Below are positions 29,001 through 37,300 of a stretch of 64,000 bases of DNA, one piece after another. Location: the NCBI GenBank assembly GCA_965207735.1, contig OZ242296.1, positions 4,896,001 through 4,960,000 on the forward strand, given 5' to 3'. This DNA comes from Candidatus Versatilivorator sp. GTDB lineage: Bacteria > Acidobacteriota > Terriglobia > Versatilivoradales > Versatilivoraceae. The notes under the pieces are model-generated. The model saw only the letters and a program-made list of their open reading frames with translations. It ran no database searches and was not told where the DNA came from. Each line of letters opens with the position of its first letter. Within the stretch, counting starts at the first letter, position 1. Both the position numbers and the translations under genes were made by a program.

Positions 29001-32000
29001 CGGGGTGACGGTGGGAGGCCTGATCAACGGCCGGGAGTATGTCTTCGAGGTGCGGGCGGTCAATGCTTTGGGGAAAGGGGGAGTGGAGACGGCGATGGTG
29101 ACACCTGAGCAAGGGGTAACGCGGCCCGGCACCGGCACCGGCGGCGGCGGCGGAGGAGGCGGCCTGCTGTTTGCGCCGGAGGCGCCGGCAGCCCTGACGG
29201 CGACACCCGGGGACGGGGCGGTGCGGTTGGCGTGGAGCCCGCCGGAAAGCGACGGGGGCGCCGAGATCCTGCGCTATGAGTACCGCCTCAAAGAAGGCCT
29301 GGGCGAGTTCGGCGAGTGGACACCCATCCCGGACAGCGCCCCCGGGGAGGTCAACGCCTCCGGCTACACCCTCATGGGGCTTCTCAACGGGACGGTCTAT
29401 GCCTTGGAGCTGCGTGGGGTCAACCAGATCGGCAACGGGCGGGAGACGGAGGCGGTGGAGGCGGTGATGCCTCTGGACCCGGCCTATCGGTCGAACTTCC
29501 GGGCGGAGGACCTGGAGGGTGGAGAGGCCGGATTGGAGTGGACGCCGTTTGGAGGAAGCCGGCGGAGTCTGAAGGTGAGGTTTGGAGGGGGGCTGCGGTT
29601 CGAGGAGAGGGAGCTGGATGCAGCGGGGGAAGTGACGGCGACCCGCATGGGGAGCTACCGGTACCGCTACACCAGCCGGACGACGGGAGAGCTGAGCCTG
29701 GACTACGACGGGGGGGAGACGTGCCAGCTGGGGATGAGCTTCAGCGGAGTGGGAGCAGGCAGCTACAGCTACCGCTGCGGGGGCGCGTTGCAGGGACAGG
29801 GGAGCTTCCGGCTGAGCGAGCTGAACCGGCTGCCGGAGATCACGAGCACAGGTCCGTTGGAGGTGGCGGAGAACCAGAAAAAGGTAGTGCGGCTGGAGGC
29901 GGTGGACTCCGACGAGGGGGACGAGGTTGCCGGCTACGAAGTCACGGGAGGAGCGGACGGGGCGCTGTTTAGGGTAGTTGAGCAGACGGGAGAGCTGAGC
30001 TTCACGGAGGCGCCGGACTATGAGAGGCCTGCCGATGCGGTGAGCGCGGAGCCCGAAAGCCCTGCAGCAGACAACGAATACGTGGTGGTGGTGGAGGCGA
30101 GGAGCGGGGAGGGAGAGAGGGAACGGAGGAGGCAGAGGGCCATACGGGTGCGGGTGAGTGACGAGGAGGAGCCACCGGGGGCGCCGCCGGCTCCGGAGGT
30201 GAGAGCGGAGGGCACGGACAGCCTGAAGGTGAGCTGGTCCGAGCCTGAGAACTGTGGGCCTGAGATCACCGGCTATGAGGTGCGCTACCGGGAGGAGGGA
30301 GAGGAAGGCTACCGGGATGGGGGACACGAGGGGACGGGACTGACGTTGACGCTGACGGGCCTGGAGGAGGAGAGGCTCTACCGGGTGGAGGTGAGGGCCA
30401 TGAACGAAGAGGGGAGGGGTGAGTGGTCGCAGCCGGGGGAAGGCAGGACGGGGATGGAGGAGCCCGACGCAGAGGATCCGGCGGACTTCAGCGAGGAGGA
30501 CCTGGAGGGGAGGCGGGCGACCTTGAGGATCACGGGCGAAGAGGGGACCGCCAGACGCATTGAACTGCGGTTTGCAGAAGGCAACCGATTCGAGCAGATC
30601 GAGAGGGTGGAAGCGCAGGCGGCGATTCGGTCGGAGAGCGCCGAATCCCGATCGGAGAGCACCACCTCGCGATCGGGCAGCTACGCCTATGAGAGGACAG
30701 GTCCGGGCAGGGGGACGGTGAGGCTCGACTACGATGACGGGGCCTCCTGCGAGCTTCGTTTGAGCTTCACCGAGTCGGGAGTGGGCGGGTACCTCTACGA
30801 CTGCGGGGAAGGGGAGGTGGCCGAGGGGAGCTTCCGGCTGACGACGGGGTCGCTGTTCGTTCCGGTGATCCTGTCCTCGGCGGGGCGGAACAACTCGTTT
30901 TTCACCTCGGAGCTGACGCTGACCAACCGGGGGATGGAAGAGGCCACGCTCCACTACATCTACACGGCGGATGCAGGCGGGGGAAGCGGCACGGCCACCG
31001 ACCGGCTCGACGCAGGTCGGCAGAAGATCGAGACCGACGCCCTGGACTATCTGAGGGGTCTGGGGGTACCGATTCCCGCAACCGGGAACCGGATCGGGAC
31101 ATTGAGGGTGGAGGTCAAGCTGGGCTCCGAGGTGGAGGCGGTGGTGCGGACCACCACGCTGGTGCCAGAGGGGAGGGCGGGGCTGGCCTACCCGGGGGTG
31201 GCCGAGGGAGAGGGCTTTGAGGAGCCGGTCTACCTGTGCGGGCTCAGGCAGAACAGCCAGGACCGCTCCAACGTGGCCTTCCAGAACATGGGGACTTCAG
31301 AAGAGGGTGCCATCACTCTGAGGACCACGGTCTACTCGGGAGAAGCGGCGGATACGACGGCCCGGGAGCTGGACGATGTAACGCTGGAGCCGGGAGGGTT
31401 TCACCAGTACTCGGGGCTGCTGGGCAGTGTGGAGAACGGCTACGTGAAGGTGGAACGTGTGGAGGGAGAGGCGCCCTTCTACGCCTATGGGGTGATCAAT
31501 GACCAGGAGAACTCGGACGGGTCGTTCGTCTTTCCGGTGACGGCAGGTTCGCTGGAGGGGAAGGTGGCGCAGACCTTGCCGGTGATCGTGGAGACGAGCG
31601 AGTTCACCAGCGAGTTGACGGTGACGAACTTCTCCGAGGAGCCCAGGAGGCTGGATTTCGAGTTTGTGGGCGAGCAAGTCAAAGCCGACGACAGGACGGC
31701 TGCTTTCAGCATGGTGCTGGAAGGGGGCGAGCAGGCGATCGTGCCCGAGGTGGTGGAGGAGTTGCGGCGCCAGGGAGTGGCGGGGTTGGGGGCGACGCGG
31801 GGGTTCTACGCGGGGCCGTTGTTCGTCACGGCCGAAGAGGGAGACCTGAGCGGGGTGGTGATCGGAGCCAGGACGGGTTCGAAGGGAGGGGGGGGATCCT
31901 ACAGCGTCTTCTACAACGCGGTGCCGCAGGGTGAGGGTTTCACCGAGGAGGCCTGGGTGGAGGGATTGCAGCAGAACCAGGAGAACCGCAGCAACCTGGC

Positions 32001-32292
32001 TCTGGTGAACACGGGGGAGGTGGACGGCAGTGAGAGCGTCTTCCATCTGGAGATCTACGACGGGGAGACAGGGATGCTGGCCGAGACGGTGGTGACCAAG
32101 CCGATCCCGGCGCGGAGCTGGAATCAGATCAACGGGATCCTGGGCAGAGCCTCTTCGGAGACCCGGCAGGGGTATATCCGGATCGAGAAGGTGTCGGGGG
32201 AGAACCCGTTTCTGGCCTATGGGGTGGTCAATGACGGCGGGGCCCCGGGACAGCGCAGCGGAGATGGAGCCTATGGGCCGGCACGGGAATAA
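23008..32292 (+). CDS. Giant secreted/surface multidomain protein (~3100 aa): Spondin_N, cadherin-like, arylsulfotransferase-like, Ig/SwmB-like and Fn3 repeats, plus a duplicated C-terminal domain
   Basis: Signal peptide; APSPDWFVG and WDAGTE (spondin); DYEAPDD and PPDFEAP (cadherin); HIN/SLR/QHTARF/FDNG (ASST); WSEP...YDVQYR...YEVQIKARN (Fn3). ORF is open from 22903. Confidence 0.85.
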   Translation: MRRKHHRCHSGCFTRLASLARSLTAHSAAGLLLTLATLPVITSAQGNPQSVTYRVTFEAKFTASALASGVSVPSGAHFTTLIGAVHNGSATFWSDGGTASAGIESMAEVGGTSALKSEINAAGSNALAVIEQSIASGGTATATVDITLTTDHPLVTLTSMVAPSPDWFVGVSGLSLRNTADDGWQPTLTVNLFPWDAGTEEGTEFSLSNSATSPQGTITSIKGMGKFSDEPIATLTFDLLSAPEITTTSPILVSENETAVATLTADDSDTTAGELIWSKTGGADSDKFSLTEAGVLTFSSAKDYEAPDDADTDRTYEVTVQVSDGTDSDMAELLVTLQNVTELTAITGPESVTFPENSWSRAATFTASSEEDRAGIEWILGGTDSDHFSIDNPAGALRFALDEVSPRIFSEPPDFEAPVDGDAANTYELTLFGRAGTSVTDTRTLTVTVTDEDEEGELSLSSTLPALGAELTADLSDPDGVTDSTAVWQWERSTGRNSWAVIDGADAASYTPVAADANTFLRVTATYDDEHGTGKTVSEVAPNVVTGPLLTGLTAETGNSQADTARGLYPAFDAQTLHYGIGCNGTDTMVLTVSAPANARVAVDGVQAGSAPMSVDVSEDSDVAIRVTEASGAATAYVVHCLANVFFEIEMHTFPGTDAFEDLILLNRGGYFRLMDRNGVPRFRRAYSTLGPFAIRFYRIGADGAYRYGFYLDSAYTILDENFEVVAGGVSVVAPLTVLGYHDFQILEDGNYLLMTFEPATRDFRDIDLPPPADSTVDLSAVSVRDSAFQIVTPGGEAAFTWNSWGNIAIEDCVSHYFPVTLSTDPDARSPRTSYSHINGMHVVDGVLAASLRGCSKVLAIDVEPGATRGDVLWRMGRTNLSDAEWAARDIGPRPLDFVNDPEGEFCGQHTARFLPSGNVFLFDNGVECVIDPWTFEELGREGNDFSRAVEYALDLDNHEAVFVRDHSLRGERAHVGYATGNVNALDNGDWLVSWGRVLDENDRFPDNEMATLVDPATGQEKLGIRFRELPALASARRISPSVAPAEALAPQPVPLAAEFPVSDHTSLLHTGAGDAPQVVVAFNRPVVDFDETSPSLSVTGATIASVSPHRVAGEAANAYVVTLTPAGAGDITFGLVADQTCAGDGICTADGAEVSEVPASQVIRADTTPPEVSRNEVSSNPGTDRTYAAGDRIRVTVTFSETVEVTGMPQLRLEVGGGTRTATYEGGSGTAALVFGHTVAGGESGTDGVGVEADSLSLNGGMIRDVAGNDAVLDHEAVAANASHKVDGVKPRLASTGGAVVDGTMLTLTYDEPLDRSSTPDAGDFTVSGGDQTRTVTRVSVSGSAVALTLSVGAEHEEVGIQVSYTPGTNKIRDVPGNEAEALSRQAVTNETPDTTAPEVSSLSISSNPEADETYAAGDEIEVTVTFNETVKVTGTPQLTLRVGNRNRPAGYDRGTDTEALVFAYEVADGDEDTDGVSVQANRLRLNGGTIKDEAENAAELAHEAAAADTGHQVDGVRPAFVSAAVDGASLTLTYREALDGGSRPASGDFAVTVDGSARTVSGVSIGGSVVTLTLDTAVEHGDTGIWVSYTAGTNPIQDEVGNDAAGLSNRSVTNTTGAPNTDPEITSSSAISVPENQVLVRRLAGRDTDLGDEVTEWAITGGADQGQFEITSDMGELSFRDPPDFEAPGDNEYEVTVEATSGAGGRELTVEKTFTITVTDEREPPGVPDAPTFSGETANSLTVSWSEPDNTGPPITDYDVQYREKDRGGFRDGGHEGPGLSLTLSDLEPGTDYEVQIKARNDEGASDWSASGEGMTVTPLTVVMTSGTEPPVSGSFMVRISFSEPVSGFSGSDIESDQDPECTDDLNNAVFCDPGIGALQTADDRVYTTTVTPETSGVAHSYALTLTLPADAVRSSVDSKPNEEPEEPLAVRVSPPGAPEAISTLSPEANGANGSVRLSWNRPSDNGGSPIIRYEYRHAATGEAWSEWGSVGAGSSGVTVGGLINGREYVFEVRAVNALGKGGVETAMVTPEQGVTRPGTGTGGGGGGGGLLFAPEAPAALTATPGDGAVRLAWSPPESDGGAEILRYEYRLKEGLGEFGEWTPIPDSAPGEVNASGYTLMGLLNGTVYALELRGVNQIGNGRETEAVEAVMPLDPAYRSNFRAEDLEGGEAGLEWTPFGGSRRSLKVRFGGGLRFEERELDAAGEVTATRMGSYRYRYTSRTTGELSLDYDGGETCQLGMSFSGVGAGSYSYRCGGALQGQGSFRLSELNRLPEITSTGPLEVAENQKKVVRLEAVDSDEGDEVAGYEVTGGADGALFRVVEQTGELSFTEAPDYERPADAVSAEPESPAADNEYVVVVEARSGEGERERRRQRAIRVRVSDEEEPPGAPPAPEVRAEGTDSLKVSWSEPENCGPEITGYEVRYREEGEEGYRDGGHEGTGLTLTLTGLEEERLYRVEVRAMNEEGRGEWSQPGEGRTGMEEPDAEDPADFSEEDLEGRRATLRITGEEGTARRIELRFAEGNRFEQIERVEAQAAIRSESAESRSESTTSRSGSYAYERTGPGRGTVRLDYDDGASCELRLSFTESGVGGYLYDCGEGEVAEGSFRLTTGSLFVPVILSSAGRNNSFFTSELTLTNRGMEEATLHYIYTADAGGGSGTATDRLDAGRQKIETDALDYLRGLGVPIPATGNRIGTLRVEVKLGSEVEAVVRTTTLVPEGRAGLAYPGVAEGEGFEEPVYLCGLRQNSQDRSNVAFQNMGTSEEGAITLRTTVYSGEAADTTARELDDVTLEPGGFHQYSGLLGSVENGYVKVERVEGEAPFYAYGVINDQENSDGSFVFPVTAGSLEGKVAQTLPVIVETSEFTSELTVTNFSEEPRRLDFEFVGEQVKADDRTAAFSMVLEGGEQAIVPEVVEELRRQGVAGLGATRGFYAGPLFVTAEEGDLSGVVIGARTGSKGGGGSYSVFYNAVPQGEGFTEEAWVEGLQQNQENRSNLALVNTGEVDGSESVFHLEIYDGETGMLAETVVTKPIPARSWNQINGILGRASSETRQGYIRIEKVSGENPFLAYGVVNDGGAPGQRSGDGAYGPARE

Positions 32293-32489
32293 AAGGACGA
32301 AGGACGCTCTACCCGTCAAAGACAGGAACAATCGCGAATATTTCTGTCAAAACAGTACTGTCCGGTATAACAACAGAAGGTGCGGGACAAAACGCCAATG
32401 TGCAGCTGTACGAGGTGCGCAGGTGCTTCCGATAACGTCTCATTGTGTCAGCTTTCCGGACAGCGACTCATTCCTTATCAATGACGTAA

Positions 32490-33976
32490 GAGCCTTTTGC
32501 AAAATTCGCAGATAGCGGGAATTTTCACGTGGGGAAAGATCAAGGAGGGCAGGTGGAAGGAGGGGCAAGACCACTGTCTGTTGTATCATGAAGGTGTCTG
32601 AACCACATGATGAACGGAGGTGGAACTTGCCCCTTAGGGAAACCCTATCACGACACTGGTTCCGGTTTCAACGAGAGCTGTTTCCCCTGCTGGAGGAAGT
32701 TTTGGGGCCTCTGGGAGAGCGTTACCAGCGGCTGGTGCAGGTATTGGAGTTGGTGCGGGTGGAGGAGTTGCTGCCTTACAGTCGGGGCTGGCGTGGCCGG
32801 CCGCTGGAGGATCGGGCAGTGCTGGCGCGAGCCTATCTGGCGAAGTCGATGCTGGAGGTGGCGACCACGCGGGGATTGGTGGAGCGGCTGAGGAGTGAGG
32901 GGAGGCTGCGGCGGCTGTGCGGCTGGGAGAGGGCGTGGGAGGTACCGAGCGAGTCGACCTTCTCGCGGGCCTTTGCGGAATTCGCTGAGAGCGACCTGCC
33001 GGGGCGTTTGCACGAGGCATTGCTGGAGGAGACGCTGAAGGGCCACTTGGCGGGGCATGTGTCGAGGGACTCGACGGCGATTGCGGGACGGGAAAAGCCA
33101 GCGGCCAAGGCTGCGCCGGAGGCCAAGCGGAAACGCCGGCGGGGCCGGCCGCCGAAGGGCGAGCGACGGCCCAAGCGGTTGAGCCGGCTGGAGCGGCAGG
33201 GGTCGATGACGCTGGAGGAAATGTTGAAGGAGTTGCCCAAGGCCTGCGACATCGGCGTCAAGCGCAACGCCAAGGGGCATCAGGAGAGCTGGACCGGCTA
33301 CAAGCTACACCTCGACGCCATTGACGGCGGGATTCCGGTCAGTTGTCTGCTGACCTCGGCCTCGGTGCATGACTCTCAGGCAGCCATTCCGCTGGCGACG
33401 CTGACGGCAAGGCGGGTCGAGAGTCTCTACGACTTGATGGACAGCGCCTACGATGCGCCGGAGATCCGGGCCTTCAGTGAGAAGCTGGGGCATGTGCCGA
33501 TTATTGACGTCAACCCCCGCCGAAGAGCTACCTTGAAAGCCGAGCGGAAGCGGGAGGCACTGGCCCGGCGCTGTATCGGCCAAGTGACTCCCGAGGCGCG
33601 GCGCTACCGGGAACGCTCGACGGTGGAGCGGGTCAACGGACGGCTCAAGGAGGAGTTTGGCGGGAGGCAGGTGAGGGTTCGCGGCCCCGACAAGGTGAGG
33701 TGCCACCTGATGTTCGGCATTCTGGCCCTGACGGTGGATCAGTTGATGCGCCTGACGCTCTGAAGACCGGGTTGCCACCCCCAACCGCACAGCAGGTTCG
33801 CCCGCCTCAAGGCCGGGAGAGGGTAAGCTGTGCCTGCGTCCGGCGACCGCTGGCCATCCGGCCATCAGATTCGGGCTTTTTCCTTCAAAAGGGTCTTTGC
33901 AGCTGGGTAGTCACCGCCGGAACATCACTGTTGCCAGCCCAATGTCATGCCCGATTCCGAATTTTGCAAAAGGCTC
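32490..33976 (+). mobile_element. Insertion sequence, IS4/IS5-like, 1487 bp, copy 1
   Basis: TIRs gagccttttgcaaaattcg / cgaattttgcaaaaggctc; appears identical to 41460-42946; no target duplication (GTAA/TTTT). Confidence 0.92.
32588..33763 (+). CDS. DDE transposase (IS4/IS5-like)
   Basis: PSESTFSR, DSTAI, GYKLH, HDS, DSAYD and YRERSTVERVNGRLK motifs. Confidence 0.92.
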   Translation: MKVSEPHDERRWNLPLRETLSRHWFRFQRELFPLLEEVLGPLGERYQRLVQVLELVRVEELLPYSRGWRGRPLEDRAVLARAYLAKSMLEVATTRGLVERLRSEGRLRRLCGWERAWEVPSESTFSRAFAEFAESDLPGRLHEALLEETLKGHLAGHVSRDSTAIAGREKPAAKAAPEAKRKRRRGRPPKGERRPKRLSRLERQGSMTLEEMLKELPKACDIGVKRNAKGHQESWTGYKLHLDAIDGGIPVSCLLTSASVHDSQAAIPLATLTARRVESLYDLMDSAYDAPEIRAFSEKLGHVPIIDVNPRRRATLKAERKREALARRCIGQVTPEARRYRERSTVERVNGRLKEEFGGRQVRVRGPDKVRCHLMFGILALTVDQLMRLTL

Positions 33977-34360
33977 TTTTGTCTTTTGTCGGTTGTTTCA
34001 GGCAAGTCCCGCCCCCGCCCTGCCGTGCGGATCATTCGAGAATGAAACAATCAGAAATCGACAATCCTTTCGCGAACTTGGTACCCCGTCGCGGCCAACC
34101 TCAGCGCCTTAGTGCCCCTTCGTCGTTCTTCGTGCCCCTTCGTGGAAATGTCTTTTTCTTTTGTCTTTTTAGGTTGTTTCAGACAAGCCGGACCCCCGCC
34201 CTGCCGTGCGGATCATACATAGAGTGAAACAAACGGAAATCGATCATCCCTTCGCGACCTTGGCACCCCGTCGCGGTTAACCTCAACGCCTTAGTGCCCC
34301 TTCGTGGTCCTTCGTGGATAAGTCTTTTTCTTTGTCTTTTTTCGGTTGTTTCAGGCAAGG
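33977..34360. repeat. About 2.2 tandem copies of a 172-181 bp non-coding unit
   Basis: ggttgtttcag recurs at 33991, 34172 and 34344; ccctgccgtgcggatcat and cgccttagtgccccttcgt each occur twice. Confidence 0.8.
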
Positions 34361-34368
34361 CAAGCGGC

Positions 34369-37300
34369 CTACCGGATCAGGATATTGCTGGCATACTGTC
34401 CCGTTTTGCCATCGATGGTGATTTCCGCGACCAGCCTGAATTCTCCGGGAGCCGACGGCGCATGGGCGCAGAGTTCTCCGACCGTTTGCGTTCCCTCGAT
34501 GTCGTCCCATTCGGCGTCCGGACCGGCTCGGGTCTGCCACTTCGATTGGAGGACGGCGAAGTGGGTGCCGTCGATGAACACGTTTTCGACCGCGATGCAG
34601 TCACTGCTGGAAACGGGACCGAACCTGACCTGGCCGGGTGAAACGGAGAGCATTTCCAGTCGCACAAATCGATCGGCACCGACACCGATACGCTCGAAGA
34701 TGAGGAGTCCCGCCTCTTCGGTGCTGAGGTAGGCGTGCCTGCCGTCGGGACTGGCCACAAAGTGTCGTGTGTGGCCGAACTCGGGGATGGGGTTGTTGAA
34801 CCGATCCGGCCGCCAGGGCGCAACCAGGTCGGTCGGCTCCAGGACACCGTTTTCCGGCTGCCATTGCACGCCGAAGGCCAGGTCCTTGCAAAACAGGTCG
34901 ACCGCCGGGCCTCCCCTTCTTGCGATTCCTCCGCAGCGGTTGTCGAAGGTGAAGAACTCGAACGGCGGGTTCCAGAACGGCGGCAGGCTGCCGATCGGCT
35001 GCGGACTGGAGGGATCCTCTTCCAGTCGGAACAGGTTCGACCTCCTGCCGTTGTCGTCGAAGGCGAACAGGTAGCGGTCGTCGCTGCTGATCACAATGGA
35101 TTCCAGGTTCCGCAAGCCCTGTTCGACGCTCCCAGCCTGGGTGAGCGCCCCTGTTTCCCCGTCGCGCTGGAAAACCAGAAGCGAGGAGTGGGTGGCCGCG
35201 TAGACGTGGCTGCCGCCGTTGGAGATCAGGGCTCGCTTCAGCCCGGGAACCGTCAGGGTCTGGACGTGGCGCAGCTCGCCCGCCGTATCGAAGGCCAGAA
35301 CCTGCAGCTGACCCTGTAGGGGATCGACCGTATGGATGAACGATCCCCCGGAGTCCATGAAGACATCGCCACTGCAATTGGCGGCACCGGACAGGTCGGT
35401 GACCGACAGCATGCCTTCGTCCCGAAGTTCCCGGTGGGTTTCATCGACCGGTGCAAACCGGCGCCAGGCCCCGCACCGATGGGCATAGAGCGCGGCTCTT
35501 TGCCCATCCCAGATCAGCGAACTGTCTTCCAGATCGTAGTCTCCCAGTTCCTGAAGCAGGGTCAGATTACCGGTCTTGGAGTCGCGTTCGAACACTTGCA
35601 GGCCTAGCCCCGAAGCCACGTAGAGCACCGTTCCCCGGTCATTGAGGGCCAGGCTGGCCGGACCCCGAATTGCCACCGGGGTTCCCTGGGCGTCCAGATC
35701 CCCGTCAGCCAGACTTCCGACGTACTTGAGCCAGACCGGAGCTTCACTCTCATCCCAGTCCAAGGAGAACTCGTCGCCGGATTCACTGCCTCGGGTTCCA
35801 AGCCGGATCTTGTATCGGGACCCGGCCTCGGCAAAAAAGACAACCTCGATGGCGTAGGAACCCGTCCATTCCGGCTGATGGCTGCTTCTCACGAACTCGA
35901 GCGGTCCGAAACCGTCGAGGGATTCCCTGTAGACGGCCAGCACCCAGGGAGCGAAGGGCTCATCGATCCGGAATCTGTACCATCCGGAAGCGGGCGCTTC
36001 GTAGGTCCACCAGAGCGAGGAGTGGCCCAGCGGGCCGATCCGTTCGCTCGGCTCCATGGTCGCATAGCGATTCGAGCCGGTGATCGAACCCGTGGCTCCC
36101 GACAGCGGCGCGGCGCTGTGGAAACGGTCGTTGCCGGGGGTGGGTCCCCAGACGATTTTCGCGCTGGCCCCTGGTTCTGAAAAGCCCGAGAGGTCACCCG
36201 TCGGGAAGCCGGCCGCGATCCAGTACCGTTGCCCGCCCGCGGCCTGAAAGACGAAATCGGACGGCTCCGCATCCATCCGGCTCTCCGCCACCAGGTGCAG
36301 GGCCTCGATGGAGCTTCCGGTAAACACGGTCACCCGCAGCCTCGAATGCGTCGGGAACAGCGATAGAGAGAACTCGCCGGGATCCTTCAGGCTCCAGGTA
36401 TAGAGGCCGTCCTCCGGAGCTTCCCACACCCACCACTTGGTCCGGACTCCGCTCTCGGCCGACTCTCCAGGCTCCACGGTCGCGAAGGGATCCACCACGA
36501 TAAGGTGTTCCGAGGCCAGCGCGCTCTCGATCGGTTCCGCACCCGCAATGTCGTCGTTTGGAGGGCGGGGAGCGAAGGGCAGCGCCGACCATCTCAGCGG
36601 GTAGGCGCCTCCGGACGAATAGGCCGTGGGCTCGGCGACGGCGATGAGATACTCCCTTCCGCCTCCGGCAGTGACAACCGAGCCCTCCAAGGGGAAGCTC
36701 GACACCAGCCGGAGCCGGGAAATGCCGTCTGTGGCGGTGGTGTCGGGCGGGAAGAGGTCTCTCTCGAAGACGCCGCTCTCGGCTGGGTATTTCTCGAACA
36801 CAAAGACACGCCGCGGGGCATCGGTCTCGAACACCCACAAGCCGTCGGCGGGCGCGGTCCACCGGTACCAGGTGGTGGCCGCCGCGAACCCGAACCACTC
36901 GCCGGGCTCCAGAGTGGCCCCCCGGTTGTTGCCAAGGACCAGGCCGGCCGGGCCCTCAATCAGGCTGGCCTCCGCCAGGTTGTCGTTGACGGGGCGGGAT
37001 CCCCTGGCCCAGCGAAGCTCGAGGGCAGCGCCTCTGGCGTCGTTGCTCACCCGGATGCGATAGGTCCGTCCTTGCTCGGCGAAGAATGTCGATCCCCACT
37101 GGCCGGAGGCGATCCGGTCCAGGGCCGCGATGCGGTCGCCTCGAAAGATGTCGATGCGGTCGCTGCGCATGTCACCGGGATCGACAGGCGGAGGAATGTC
37201 GAAATGGACCGGACCGTCGGCCTGCGCCGTCCATGCGTACCAGACCGAACCGGCCGGGCGCCCCCGGCTGGCGGTGAACAGCGGTTCTCCCGGCTCCGGG

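Noticed and set aside
33977-34360. Possible CRISPR array
   Set aside because: Whole ~175-bp units are repeated, there are no unique spacers, and no cas genes are present.
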